This document shows positions 38,061 through 47,918 of a stretch of 53,177 nucleotides of DNA, in pieces; the first letter of the stretch is position 1, and the number at the start of each line of letters is the position of its first letter. Made by a program: the position numbers and the translations under genes. The DNA is taken from positions 1-53,177 of the forward strand of contig UROS01000001.1 of the NCBI GenBank assembly GCA_900549445.1, given 5' to 3'. The notes beneath the pieces are model-generated. The model did no database searches, was not told the DNA's origin, and saw only the letters and a program-made list of their open reading frames with translations. This stretch comes from an uncultured Porphyromonadaceae bacterium (GTDB lineage: Bacteria; Bacteroidota; Bacteroidia; Bacteroidales; Muribaculaceae).

Positions 38061-39833
38061 TTAGCTGAATTCAATGTCCGATTTATCACCGGTCTTGCGG
38101 TTGGTGGCGGTGCCTTTTTCATATTGCCCGAAAATTGAGGCGGGGTAGATCTCCCATGCACTGCCAGATTTGTTCTCCGGACGGAGTTTCACCTTTTTCT
38201 TCCCTCCGGCGGCTGCAATGGTGAGCGCCGGGGCGAAATGGTCGGCTCTTATAAACCGGATTTCTCCGGTGAAAATGCGTGAGAATATGTTCTGCGACCT
38301 CCGCCCGGAGGTCAATATAACCTTGCGTGCGCCTTTAATTCTTTTGGTGGCATAATAGGTTCCCGGACCGGTAATAATGATTTTTCCCATCGTGATGGCA
38401 GGAAAGAATATGCGCCGGAGAATGACGAACCATATAACCAGCGCGCATAGCAGCGCAATGCCAAGCCAGAAAAGGAACGTTTTAAGCGGGTTCCATCTCA
38501 CGCTGTAGGTTGTGCGCAGCGAAGTGCCCTCGTAATCGTCGGCCGGCTGGCCGTTGATGTTGTCGAGCCCCTCCGCCCGGGAGGGCGTCAATGAAAAATA
38601 CCGTTTGCCGGCAGAGGCGTCGTGGTTGAACTGCACTTCTATCAATGCCGGCTTTCCGGGTTCAACTTTTATGGGGCCGCCGTTGCTGAGACTCCGGCCA
38701 TTGTACCAGGCCTGAAAATCTGCATTCTGGCCTTCGGCAGCGCGGAATGTAAGGTCAAGAACTGAATTCTGCAGCTCGTTTCTGAAAACCGGAGTCAGAT
38801 CCCACATCACTTTACTGTCGGGAGCGGCATCGCTCCAAAGAAACGGGCCGTACCATTCCGCACTTTCGGTATTCAGTTCGTCCACCCCCTGAGCGATGGT
38901 CACACCGGCGGGGATTTCGTCTGAAACGTGAACCATGACAACGGGATTGGCGATAAAATACCGCTTGTCGGTGCATTGCAGCGAAACGGGAAAAGTGTAT
39001 TCTCCGCCCTGCAGTTTCTGATGGAGACTGGCAATGTCGAGTTTTTGCCTCGGGCTGAGCGAAAGCAGAATCCGGCCGCCGTCGGCCGAATTGTTCTGAA
39101 TTCTGACTTCAAACAGCGAATCGGCCGCTTCAGCACGAATGCCGTATTTCCCCGGCATACTGAATATCAGTTCGCGGGCATTGCCGAGCTCCTCGAGGCT
39201 GGTATAAAGATCGCAGGCTGAAATGTCGGCAATCTGGGGGATAACCTTATCCTCGCACTGAACCACGAACGCATCCCTGCAGTCGTCGATGGCCTTCCGG
39301 ATGACCGGATTGATGACACCGTTTGTGAGCGCTACGTAGAACAGGCGGCAGTTGCGGTGGTTGGCGCACCATTGAGAAATTACATCGGCAACTTTCTGAG
39401 GCGAATCGCCTCCGTTGGGCATTCCGTCCGTAAGAAGATAGATCCTGTTCTCCCTGTTAGGGTCGATTTTGCTGAACCCGGCTTTGAGCACGTCGGAAAT
39501 GCGGGTGTATTTCGCCTCTGAAATGTGCTTGTCGAGAGCGTCGTCGATTACACTCTTCTCGTCGGCGTACTGATTGGAGCCGAACGAGATGTATCTGTAC
39601 GGGGTGTCGCCGAACGGAATTACGCAAAACTGCGAGCCGGTAACCGATGTCTGTGTGGAAATTGTGGCATCCAAAGCTGTTTTTGCCGGCTCCCAGAGCC
39701 GGTTGGACTTCATCGAGCCGGTGCAGTCGAACAGGTAGATATTGTTCTTCTCCCGCTGTCCGTAAGAAAACGGCACACCGGTCAAAATCGCTATCAGCAG
39801 TCCTATGTATTTAAGGTAAGGATGGTGTTTCAT
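38061..39833 (-). CDS. Membrane-anchored vWA domain protein
   Basis: Signal peptide; MIDAS FDCTGSM...YLLTDG; beta-rich middle region; TM FLFWLGIALLCALVIWFVIL; basic C-terminal domain; upstream TATTTTTG at 39941-39934. Confidence 0.85.
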   Translation of the reverse strand: MKHHPYLKYIGLLIAILTGVPFSYGQREKNNIYLFDCTGSMKSNRLWEPAKTALDATISTQTSVTGSQFCVIPFGDTPYRYISFGSNQYADEKSVIDDALDKHISEAKYTRISDVLKAGFSKIDPNRENRIYLLTDGMPNGGDSPQKVADVISQWCANHRNCRLFYVALTNGVINPVIRKAIDDCRDAFVVQCEDKVIPQIADISACDLYTSLEELGNARELIFSMPGKYGIRAEAADSLFEVRIQNNSADGGRILLSLSPRQKLDIASLHQKLQGGEYTFPVSLQCTDKRYFIANPVVMVHVSDEIPAGVTIAQGVDELNTESAEWYGPFLWSDAAPDSKVMWDLTPVFRNELQNSVLDLTFRAAEGQNADFQAWYNGRSLSNGGPIKVEPGKPALIEVQFNHDASAGKRYFSLTPSRAEGLDNINGQPADDYEGTSLRTTYSVRWNPLKTFLFWLGIALLCALVIWFVILRRIFFPAITMGKIIITGPGTYYATKRIKGARKVILTSGRRSQNIFSRIFTGEIRFIRADHFAPALTIAAAGGKKKVKLRPENKSGSAWEIYPASIFGQYEKGTATNRKTGDKSDIEFS

Positions 39834-40044
39834 TGCACGGTGTATTCAAAATGTTTCATAGCCCTCAATGGCGGTTGACAGACAGACAAAAGCACGGCTC
39901 CATAACAGCCGTCAGCCCGGAGTGAGGTAAATGCAAAAATAATATGTTTTTTTGGAAATGCAATCAAATATGTTGAGAAACATAAGAAAGATGTCCGGCG
40001 TGCACGTAGGAGAATGATTTTCCGCAGAGGTTACGATGAATTTC

Positions 40045-40086
40045 TAAAGCAGCGGGAGCGCGCTGTTCTGGCAGTGCGCTCCCGCT
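40045..40086 (-). terminator. Terminator after the RCC1/LRR gene
   Basis: AGCGGGAGCGCGCTG / CAGTGCGCTCCCGCT stem at 40051-40086. Confidence 0.75.
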
Positions 40087-40108
40087 ATTGAGTGATGGAT
40101 TCTGCTGA

Positions 40109-42889
40109 TTATTTAACCAGGATCTTCTTGCCGGCTACGATGTAGATTCCGGCGGGGAGGAGGCGGAGTTCGTCGGCGTTGGCCACGGTTGCCACGCGAC
40201 GGCCGCTGAGGTCGTAGACTGCGCCCGATACGGTTGCAGACTCAGCCTCGATGCTGCCGATGCCCGACTGTGAATCCGATACGATGTTGTAGGCTTTCCA
40301 GTTGCTGTCGGCGGTGAAGGCGTCGTATGCTGCGGCGGGAACGATGATGGTCAGGCTTTTGCCGAGGGTGGGCAGCGATCCCATCTTGTAGGCGGGAGCG
40401 GTTGTCTCGCCGTAGGTTGTCCAGTCGATGGTGGTGAGTGCCTCGCAGCGGTCGAAGGTTTCGGAACCGAACTTGAAGTTGGCGGGGAGTTTCACCTTGG
40501 CGAGAGCCTCGCAGTTGTAGAATATCTCGTTGGTGTTATTGAGGCCGGTGCAGCCCGAGAGATCGATTTCAGTGAGGGCCGAGCATCCGCTGAATGCCTT
40601 TTCAAACGAGCGGAAGTTGGCTGCCTGATCGGCTGCGGGCATAATCACGGTAGTGAGAGCCTTGCAGTTGGTGAAAATGCCTTTGGTTACGTTGCCGAAG
40701 AGGCTGGGGAAGCCTGCGCAGAGATTTGTGCCTACGGCGATTTCAGCCTGACTCATGTCGACGGTCTCGAGCACGGAGTTGCCGGAAGTGGAGGCGTTGT
40801 TGCCGAGGGCGTTGCTAATAGCCTTGAAGTCGTCGGTCTCCCACGGGCCGCCGGTCAGAACAATCTTCTTGGCGTCGGAGAGGTTGTCGGGAATATTGTT
40901 GGGGTCGAAGGTGTAGGTGCCTTCCTCGGGAGCGGTGGCTGCCACGAGGTTGACTTTCTGCCAGGTTGCGGAAGCCTTGAACGATTCGAATGCGGCGGCG
41001 GGAACGATCATTGTGATTTTACCCTGCTGCTCGGAATTGAGCATCTCAAACACGTTGGCGTCGGAAGCGACTACGGGTGCGGTTTCGCCCTCGTATGCGC
41101 TCCAGTCAATCAGACGGAGTGAACTGCAGCTGTTGAAGAGGTATTTGCCTACTGTGAAGTTGGCGGGAAGGATTACGGAGGTGAGATCGTAGTTGTGTCC
41201 GAAAGCGTCTTCCGATTTGGTCACGTTGTTCCAGGCACTGAGGTCGAAGTTTGCTACCTTCGTGCTGTAGAATGCATTATTGATGTTTGTGACGTTGACA
41301 AGTCTCGACACGTCGCACACGGTGAGCGATTCGCAGTTCCAGAATGCGCCGTCGAGGCTTACGATATTGGCTACGGTTTCGTTGGTGGGGAAGGTTACCG
41401 ATTTGAGTGCTTTGCACATCTTGAATAAGCCCTGATCCTGCATTGCGCCGGGGATACTGAAGCTCGTGTTGGGGGCGAAGGTTGCCTCTGTCATGTCGAC
41501 AGTCTCGAGGGTGTTGTTGCCTACAGGCGGCCAGCCGATGACGGCGCCGATGCTGTTGCTGAGTTTCTGGAGTTTGGCGTTGTCCCATTCGCCCGTCAGC
41601 TTGAGGTTGACGGCGTCGGCGAGCGAGGTGGGGATATCTTCGGCGTCAACGGTGTAGTCGCCGGGTTTGGCCGGCGCGGGAACTCCGAGTTGAACGGGCG
41701 AAGGCTCGAAGGTCATGCCGGAAGCGTCTACGTAGTTTCCGAGCTGTCCCCAGCGGTTGGAACCCCAGCCGTAGAGCGCGCCTTCAGTGTCGATGAGGGT
41801 GGTGAAGCGCTGGCCGCAGGAGATGGCTACGGGCACAACACCATCGGGAAGCGTGATTGCGGTTGGTTTGTATTCAAACTGACCTGTGCCGGCTTCGAGA
41901 GCTTCGCCTTTCCCGTTGCCGAGCGCACCGTTGCTGTTGTCGCCCCAGGTGTAGATCTTGCCTTCAGCAAGGACAACGCGGGCTTTCTCACAACCGCTTA
42001 TCTGCGATACTCTTGCGGTGATGGCGGTGACCTGAGTGGGAACGCTTACGTTGGGGAGGGTTTCCTCCGAATCAACTTCGGTCATGTCTATGTCGAGACC
42101 GAGAAGATTGCGCTGGTTGTCGCCCCACGCCCAGAGAGTACCGTCGGCTTTGATACCATACGAGGCATTGTCGATAGCTTTTACGCTTGCCCAGGTGTCG
42201 GTGCCGAGGCGTGTGGGGGTCCTTACAATATTTTCGTCGGTGTTGAGGAGCTGATTGTGGGAGGCGAAGCCCCAGCCCCAGAGGGAGCCGTCGTTTTTGA
42301 GGGCGAGCACATGGTCATTGCCGATGCTTGCCTCTTTCCAGTCGTTGTCTGTGCCGACCTGTATGGGCACTGCAACGTTGTCGGCCTTTCCGTTGCCGAG
42401 GGCGAAAGTTTCGCCTGACCCCCAGGCCCAGAGGGTGCCGTCGGCCTTCTTGGCGAGTACGGTGTAGCACCAGGTGACGGAGGTATAGACGCATTCCCAG
42501 TCGGAGTCTGTGCCTACTTGAGTGAGGGTGGTGTGCTTGGTGACGCCGTCGCCCACGCCCGACATTCCTTTTTCGTTAGAGCCGATAGTCCATAGTGTGC
42601 CGTTCTCCTTGAGGAAGAAACCGCAGCCGCGGGCGCCGTAAGCGGCTTTCCAGTCGGTGTCGGTTCCCATCTGCTGGGGAACGGATGCCATTTTCACGCC
42701 TGAGCCGTCGCCGAGTTCTCCCTCTTCGCCGGATCCCCATGACCAGAGAGTGCCGTCGGTCTTGATGGCATAGGTTGAATTGTCGCTTGCCGAAACGGTT
42801 TTCCACACGTCGGTTTCGGCTGCAGCGGCAGGACAGATGGCTCCGGCGAGCATAGCCGCAGCCAGGATGAATTTAGATGTGCCTGTCAT
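40109..42889 (-). CDS. Secreted RCC1-repeat beta-propeller plus duplicated BspA-like LRR modules with T9SS-type C-terminus
   Basis: Seven K.DGTLW.WG.N..G.LG repeats; F..C..L..V LRR pattern; C-terminal VYDLSGRRV..GIYIV.GKKILVK. Confidence 0.88.
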   Translation of the reverse strand: MTGTSKFILAAAMLAGAICPAAAAETDVWKTVSASDNSTYAIKTDGTLWSWGSGEEGELGDGSGVKMASVPQQMGTDTDWKAAYGARGCGFFLKENGTLWTIGSNEKGMSGVGDGVTKHTTLTQVGTDSDWECVYTSVTWCYTVLAKKADGTLWAWGSGETFALGNGKADNVAVPIQVGTDNDWKEASIGNDHVLALKNDGSLWGWGFASHNQLLNTDENIVRTPTRLGTDTWASVKAIDNASYGIKADGTLWAWGDNQRNLLGLDIDMTEVDSEETLPNVSVPTQVTAITARVSQISGCEKARVVLAEGKIYTWGDNSNGALGNGKGEALEAGTGQFEYKPTAITLPDGVVPVAISCGQRFTTLIDTEGALYGWGSNRWGQLGNYVDASGMTFEPSPVQLGVPAPAKPGDYTVDAEDIPTSLADAVNLKLTGEWDNAKLQKLSNSIGAVIGWPPVGNNTLETVDMTEATFAPNTSFSIPGAMQDQGLFKMCKALKSVTFPTNETVANIVSLDGAFWNCESLTVCDVSRLVNVTNINNAFYSTKVANFDLSAWNNVTKSEDAFGHNYDLTSVILPANFTVGKYLFNSCSSLRLIDWSAYEGETAPVVASDANVFEMLNSEQQGKITMIVPAAAFESFKASATWQKVNLVAATAPEEGTYTFDPNNIPDNLSDAKKIVLTGGPWETDDFKAISNALGNNASTSGNSVLETVDMSQAEIAVGTNLCAGFPSLFGNVTKGIFTNCKALTTVIMPAADQAANFRSFEKAFSGCSALTEIDLSGCTGLNNTNEIFYNCEALAKVKLPANFKFGSETFDRCEALTTIDWTTYGETTAPAYKMGSLPTLGKSLTIIVPAAAYDAFTADSNWKAYNIVSDSQSGIGSIEAESATVSGAVYDLSGRRVATVANADELRLLPAGIYIVAGKKILVK

Positions 42890-42924
42890 AACTTATTATT
42901 ATAATAGTTGAGTGCGAATTTTAT

Positions 42925-44229
42925 TTATTTTACGGCAAATTTCACCGAGTTTCCGGCGGAGTCGCGGGCAATGTAGATGCCGGCCGTGAGTGTGCCCGAC
43001 GGAATCGTGAGTGAGCCTTCAGCCATGCGGGCTGAATGGCAGACCATGCCTGAGGTGTTGAATATAGTCAGAGTACCGTTGGCGCCTTCAAAAGTCACAC
43101 CTTCGGCGGATACGGTGCATTCGAGTTTGCGCGATGCGTCGACTGCCACATTCTCGACCCCGCTGTAAGGCGTCTCACCGCCGCGTACCACCGGACAGAT
43201 CATGAAGCTTCCGTAGTTGCCGCCGTAGTAGCTCACCGGGCGCAGATAGTCGGATTCTCCTTCAAGGCGCGCAAACGAGTTGTGAGCGAGGAGGTTGGAG
43301 GCATCCTCGGGTTTCATCTGAACATTGGGCATCACGTCCATAAGCATCTGGAGGTCATCTTCCTCAGGATCGTCACCCCAGCCGTCAACGTCGATGAACA
43401 ACAGTTGCTTGCCGTAAAGGTCTATAGGGTTGCTCATTTCGAGGTGTGCTACGGCACCGCCCTGATTCGGTACCCACACGCCGTCGTCGGAGGTTTTTAT
43501 ATCGTCGTACTTCACGTAGCCGCCATCGAGCGGAACGCTGGTGAATTCTATCGAGGTATCTGTCATTCCGACCATCCATACGCGGATACGGAGCGCGGCT
43601 CCTGCGGGATATTTGGTGGGCTTGCGCTGAAGATAGACGTTGACACCGTCGAGAAATCCTTCTTCGAGTGAGAGCATGTAGAAGTTGCCAACTCCGGCTA
43701 CGTTGAACTTGTTTGCTCCTCCGAGACAGCCCATGCCCTGGGGATATACATTGACTCCGAGAGCATAGGTCGTGAGCCATTCGCGGGTATCGGCGAGACA
43801 TAGCTCGGCACGGCCGCCAACCTTAAGCTTCAGCTCGGGCTGATAGGTCTTTTCCGAAGCGTCGGAATATTTAGCGGTAAGTTTGGGGAAAGAATATGTG
43901 CCGGTGTCATTATATTTAATGAGAACCTTCCGGGCAGAAGGGTCGGCTATTGTTCCGCCTTCAGCCTGCCATTGGAGCGTAGCCGGATTGCCGGTGGAGC
44001 TGTTGGTGAACTGGAGGGTTTTTTCTACGGGAATCCAGTAGAAAGCGCCCTCGTTCATGGGGTTTCGGGTGGCGTAGTGAGCCACAGGCGTGGGGTCACC
44101 CTCTTCAAGGTTGCCGGCGATAGTTCCGATGTAGCGTAACCCTATCGGGTTTTCATACGCTGCCTCCTGCGCCGTAGCCGTTGCGGAGAGGATTGCCAGC
44201 GATGCAAGAATAGTGTAGAATTTTTTCAT
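42925..44229 (-). CDS. Secreted hypothetical protein with PKD-like segment and T9SS-type C-terminus
   Basis: Signal peptide; FTNSSTGNP...W...GTY (PKD-like); C-terminal IFNTSG...AGIYI...KFAVK. Confidence 0.75.
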   Translation of the reverse strand: MKKFYTILASLAILSATATAQEAAYENPIGLRYIGTIAGNLEEGDPTPVAHYATRNPMNEGAFYWIPVEKTLQFTNSSTGNPATLQWQAEGGTIADPSARKVLIKYNDTGTYSFPKLTAKYSDASEKTYQPELKLKVGGRAELCLADTREWLTTYALGVNVYPQGMGCLGGANKFNVAGVGNFYMLSLEEGFLDGVNVYLQRKPTKYPAGAALRIRVWMVGMTDTSIEFTSVPLDGGYVKYDDIKTSDDGVWVPNQGGAVAHLEMSNPIDLYGKQLLFIDVDGWGDDPEEDDLQMLMDVMPNVQMKPEDASNLLAHNSFARLEGESDYLRPVSYYGGNYGSFMICPVVRGGETPYSGVENVAVDASRKLECTVSAEGVTFEGANGTLTIFNTSGMVCHSARMAEGSLTIPSGTLTAGIYIARDSAGNSVKFAVK

Positions 44230-44295
44230 ATGCTAATGGCTTGGTTTTTTCTTTTGCAAATATGGGATTAAGGCTCATAAGAGCCAAAATTATAT

Positions 44296-44315
44296 GGTCT
44301 ACTGAGGGTCTACTG
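44296..44315. promoter_or_regulatory. Tandem direct repeat GGTCTACTG x2 in a divergent promoter region
   Basis: Copies at 44296-44304 and 44307-44315, 11-bp period. Confidence 0.6.
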
Positions 44316-44358
44316 TCGTTTTATTTGGCCAAAAACAAATTATTTGATAACTTTGGGC

Positions 44359-46059
44359 ATGAAAAACTATCTTTTGGTGACAATTTGCGCCTTATTACTT
44401 ATCGCCTGCGAAAGAGGTGAGAAAAGGCTGACTCCCTTCAGATGGGAGGCTGTAGACCCTGATTTCGACGAAACCGTCACCCGTCTCGAGTATGGTTTTC
44501 AGGATTATCTTCCGTTTGACTCACTGCGGAGCGACGTGGCGCGGCTCAGCCTGCTGGCAGCTCAGCCGGAGTGTACCGACTCGCTTTTGATGCGGCGCAG
44601 GGCGCGCTACTGGAGGGCGAGAATGCTGCAGCGCGAAGGTAGTCTCGACTCCGCTCTCATCCTCGTCCGGAGTCTGATGGAAGAGGTTGATTCCGCGCGC
44701 CACACTTACGATTTTTATCGCTGCCGCATACTGCTGAGGCAGCTTTCGCCTACCTCCGGAGCCCGGAAATACAGCGAAATAGACGAAGAGGCCCGCTATT
44801 TCAGCAAAATCGGCGATCAGCCTATGACTGCGGCGAGCTACATAAGTCTTGCCAACAGCCTTTATCCGATCGGAGAACTCGATATGAGTCTTGACTATCT
44901 CTGCCGGGCCGACGAGATAAACCGCCGGCTCGGACTGGACAGGGTGGTGGCCAACAATGCCGTGAACGTGGCCAACGTACTTTTCAGGAAAGGCGATTCG
45001 GTCAAAGCACGCGATATGCTCCTGAAACTCGCCGCCGATCCTGAAACGCACGAGGATCCCCGCACTTATAATATCGTGCTGCGCAATCTCTATGTCCACA
45101 CCGGCGGCGTGGAATGGTTGCGCCGCGCATACGTGAGCGCTCTCGACGCCCCCGGTTCGCGAAGTCTCCGCGGTTTTTACGAGGCGCTCCTGAGCCGGCA
45201 TTTCGATGAGGCCGGCATTGCGGATTCCGCGGTATTCTACAGCCGTCTCGCACTTGCCGACATCAGTCATATATCCGATCCTCAGCAGCGCGGACTCGTG
45301 ATGCAGGCTTATGCGTCGACTATGCGCCATGAAGGAAAGAGCGACAGCGCGCTCATCTATCTCGACCGGTATATGGCCTGTGCTGATTCCGATTATGTCA
45401 GCAACCAGGAGGCGGAGGTGCTCCGCATGGCCAATATGCGTGAACTCTCGCTCGCCAAAACTCTTGAGAACGAGCATGTGCAGAGTATGAGGCTGATGTT
45501 CGTCGGAATTTTCTTTGTTGTGGTACTATCGGCGGGAATCGTGTGTTTCATACTCTACAGCCGTCAGAAGCGTCAGGAAATCGCCGCCCGCGACAGCCGG
45601 CTGGAGGTCGAGGTGTCGCGCCGCCGCATGCTCGCTCTGCAGCTTGCCATCGAGGAGAAAGACAATCTTTTCGACAAGATGAAAAACGAGATAGAGCAGA
45701 TGCGCCGCGACGGCCGGATCCGTCCCAACGAGGCGGTAGGACTCGAGAACGCCATAAAGATACATCTGGCCGGAAACGAGGAGCGCGATACGTTTCAGCA
45801 GCTGTTCGCACAAGTCGCCCCCGAGTTTACCCAACGGCTTAAGAACCGCTATCCCGAACTGGCGGATACATACGTGAAACTCGCCACTTATATATTTATG
45901 GGACTCGACAACAATAAGATTTCCCGTCTGATGATGATTCGCCCCGAGTCGGTGAAGCAGGCGCGCTGGCGCCTGCGCCTTAAGATGGGGCTCGACAAGG
46001 GGGAGTCGCTCGACGAGGCCATCCGCGCTCTCGGAACATCACCATCTGATGACGTGTGA
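44359..46059 (+). CDS. Membrane-spanning one-component regulator: lipoprotein-like signal, TPR-like sensor, TM helix, LuxR-like HTH
   Basis: LLLIAC lipobox-like; helical repeats; TM FVGIFFVVVLSAGIVCFIL; F..V.PEF...L...YP.L...MGLDNNKISRLM.IRPESV..AR.RLR.KMGL; start moved to ATG 44359. Confidence 0.85.
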   Translation: MKNYLLVTICALLLIACERGEKRLTPFRWEAVDPDFDETVTRLEYGFQDYLPFDSLRSDVARLSLLAAQPECTDSLLMRRRARYWRARMLQREGSLDSALILVRSLMEEVDSARHTYDFYRCRILLRQLSPTSGARKYSEIDEEARYFSKIGDQPMTAASYISLANSLYPIGELDMSLDYLCRADEINRRLGLDRVVANNAVNVANVLFRKGDSVKARDMLLKLAADPETHEDPRTYNIVLRNLYVHTGGVEWLRRAYVSALDAPGSRSLRGFYEALLSRHFDEAGIADSAVFYSRLALADISHISDPQQRGLVMQAYASTMRHEGKSDSALIYLDRYMACADSDYVSNQEAEVLRMANMRELSLAKTLENEHVQSMRLMFVGIFFVVVLSAGIVCFILYSRQKRQEIAARDSRLEVEVSRRRMLALQLAIEEKDNLFDKMKNEIEQMRRDGRIRPNEAVGLENAIKIHLAGNEERDTFQQLFAQVAPEFTQRLKNRYPELADTYVKLATYIFMGLDNNKISRLMMIRPESVKQARWRLRLKMGLDKGESLDEAIRALGTSPSDDV

Positions 46060-46089
46060 CCACGGCGGTCTCCGGTGTCTGAAGAACGT

Positions 46090-46125
46090 AAAAAAGCAGG
46101 CTGAAATCCCGGGATTTCAGCCTGC
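46090..46125 (-). terminator. Terminator between convergent genes
   Basis: Perfect palindrome GCAGGCTGAAATCCC/GGGATTTCAGCCTGC with A6 on the left (T6 on the minus strand). Confidence 0.85.
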
Positions 46126-46149
46126 GCTATAAGTATACAGGTCGAGTTA

Positions 46150-47781
46150 TCAGTTGTTTTTGAGATAGTCGCGGACAGCCTGGTTCTCGGGATCTACCTC
46201 AAGCAGTTTCTGGAAGTAGATGCGGGCGTTTTCCTTGTCGCCTTTCACGCGGTAGTCGTTTGCGATGAAACCGTAGGCGCTCTTGTAGGCTCCGGCGCGC
46301 TTGGTCTTGTTCTCGGGGTTGAGATCGTAGGCGGCGAGCATGGCCTTGTAGGTTTCCACGAGTTCGGGAGTGGGATCAGTGCCGTCGCGGGTCATGAGAA
46401 GCGAGGCCTTGTTCTGCAGCAGTGTGCCCTTGCTCTCGTCGGCGGCCGATTCGAGAGCGAGATCTATGTATTTGATGCCGTTCTGAGCGGCTTCCTTGCG
46501 CTCTGCAGAGCCTTCGGGAAGGGTGAGTGCGAGATTTTTGTAGCGGTTGGAGAGAGTATAGTAGTCGGTGAGCGAAGCGTCGCCCATGTCGACGAATTTC
46601 TGCATAACCTCGGCCGCTTTAGCGTAGTCTTCAGCATCGGAATACATCGAGGAAATCTTGGTGAGGATGTCCTTGTTGCGCTCGGGGTTTATTTCGTATG
46701 CCTTCATATAGGCGTCGATGGCTTCCTGCGGACGTCCGAGAGCACCGAGAATGTCGCCGTAGGTCGAGTAGTCGGTAGAAGTGAATTCGGCGTTGCTGTT
46801 GGCGAAAAGTTTGCGGGCAGCCTCTTCGGCACCGGCGTAGTCCTCAAGAGCGGCCTTGTTGAGCATGACCATGCGGTGCATGTATTCGTTGTCGGGGTCT
46901 TTTGCGAGGACTTTTTCAGCGATTTCAAGCGACTTCTGGTAATCTTTGCCGAAATAGAGCAGACCGGAGTAGCGCTGTTCGTCGCGCTGGAAATGGTTGG
47001 GGTTGCTCATGTATTTGCCATACTGCTTGGCGGCTTTGGTGAACTGGTTGCCGTCGTAGTATTTCTCGGCGAGCTCACGCTGGGCGAGAGCCGAAGTGGG
47101 GAGTTTTTCGTTGAGTTCCTCGAGCTTGCTGATTGCAAACGAGGGATTTACCTTGTTGTAGAGGTTGGAGTATTTCACGTATGCCTCGGGGTTGATGTGG
47201 CCGGCCTGCTCGTCGTAGGTCATGGCCTGCTCGTAGAAACCGGCGGCCTGCCCGATGTCGGTAGCCTTGGCCATGTCGCCCTGAAGCACGTATACTGCGG
47301 GCTCGAGGTTCTTTGAATCCTTGAGAGCCTTGGCAATATTCTTGTCGATTTCTTTCTTATATTTCACTGGGTCGACGTTGAAATATGCACGCGCCACTGC
47401 TGCTGTCAGTGCGGCATCCTTCTTGTCGGTTGCCAAACCGTCCTTGAAAAGCTTTTCGGCAGCTGCCTTATCGCCGTTTTTAAGGGCAATCTGACCCAGT
47501 CCGATATAGTTGTAACCATAGGCCGGATTTGCTGCGACGCCTTTGTCGAAGTTCGCTTTGGCGGCCTGGACGTTGCCTTCGCGGAGGTCGATGGCGCCGA
47601 GGAAGTAGTAAGATACAGCCTTGTCGGTCGACGGGTCGTTGAGCGTGTTGTCAAGAATGGTCTTGGCCTGTTCGAAGCGGTCGGCGTTGTAATAGTCTAC
47701 GCCGTCCTGGTAGCCACCCTGTGCCATAGCCGACAATGCGCAGCCTCCCAGGAAGAGTGAAAGCAGAGATTTGAATTTCAT
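46150..47781 (-). CDS. Exported tetratricopeptide-repeat protein
   Basis: Signal peptide; repeated Y..LG...A...F.K...P TPR pattern; upstream TAACTTTG at 47840-47833. Confidence 0.88.
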   Translation of the reverse strand: MKFKSLLSLFLGGCALSAMAQGGYQDGVDYYNADRFEQAKTILDNTLNDPSTDKAVSYYFLGAIDLREGNVQAAKANFDKGVAANPAYGYNYIGLGQIALKNGDKAAAEKLFKDGLATDKKDAALTAAVARAYFNVDPVKYKKEIDKNIAKALKDSKNLEPAVYVLQGDMAKATDIGQAAGFYEQAMTYDEQAGHINPEAYVKYSNLYNKVNPSFAISKLEELNEKLPTSALAQRELAEKYYDGNQFTKAAKQYGKYMSNPNHFQRDEQRYSGLLYFGKDYQKSLEIAEKVLAKDPDNEYMHRMVMLNKAALEDYAGAEEAARKLFANSNAEFTSTDYSTYGDILGALGRPQEAIDAYMKAYEINPERNKDILTKISSMYSDAEDYAKAAEVMQKFVDMGDASLTDYYTLSNRYKNLALTLPEGSAERKEAAQNGIKYIDLALESAADESKGTLLQNKASLLMTRDGTDPTPELVETYKAMLAAYDLNPENKTKRAGAYKSAYGFIANDYRVKGDKENARIYFQKLLEVDPENQAVRDYLKNN

Positions 47782-47918
47782 GTTGGTTGTTTAGGGTATA
47801 TTATGTTTTACTTTTTTCTATTAGACAATATGCAAAGTTAATGGTTTATTTTTATGATTGAAAATTTTTCGGTGTGCGTTGTGATTAATTAACGTGATGA
47901 AAGGAGTGAGAGTCAGTG

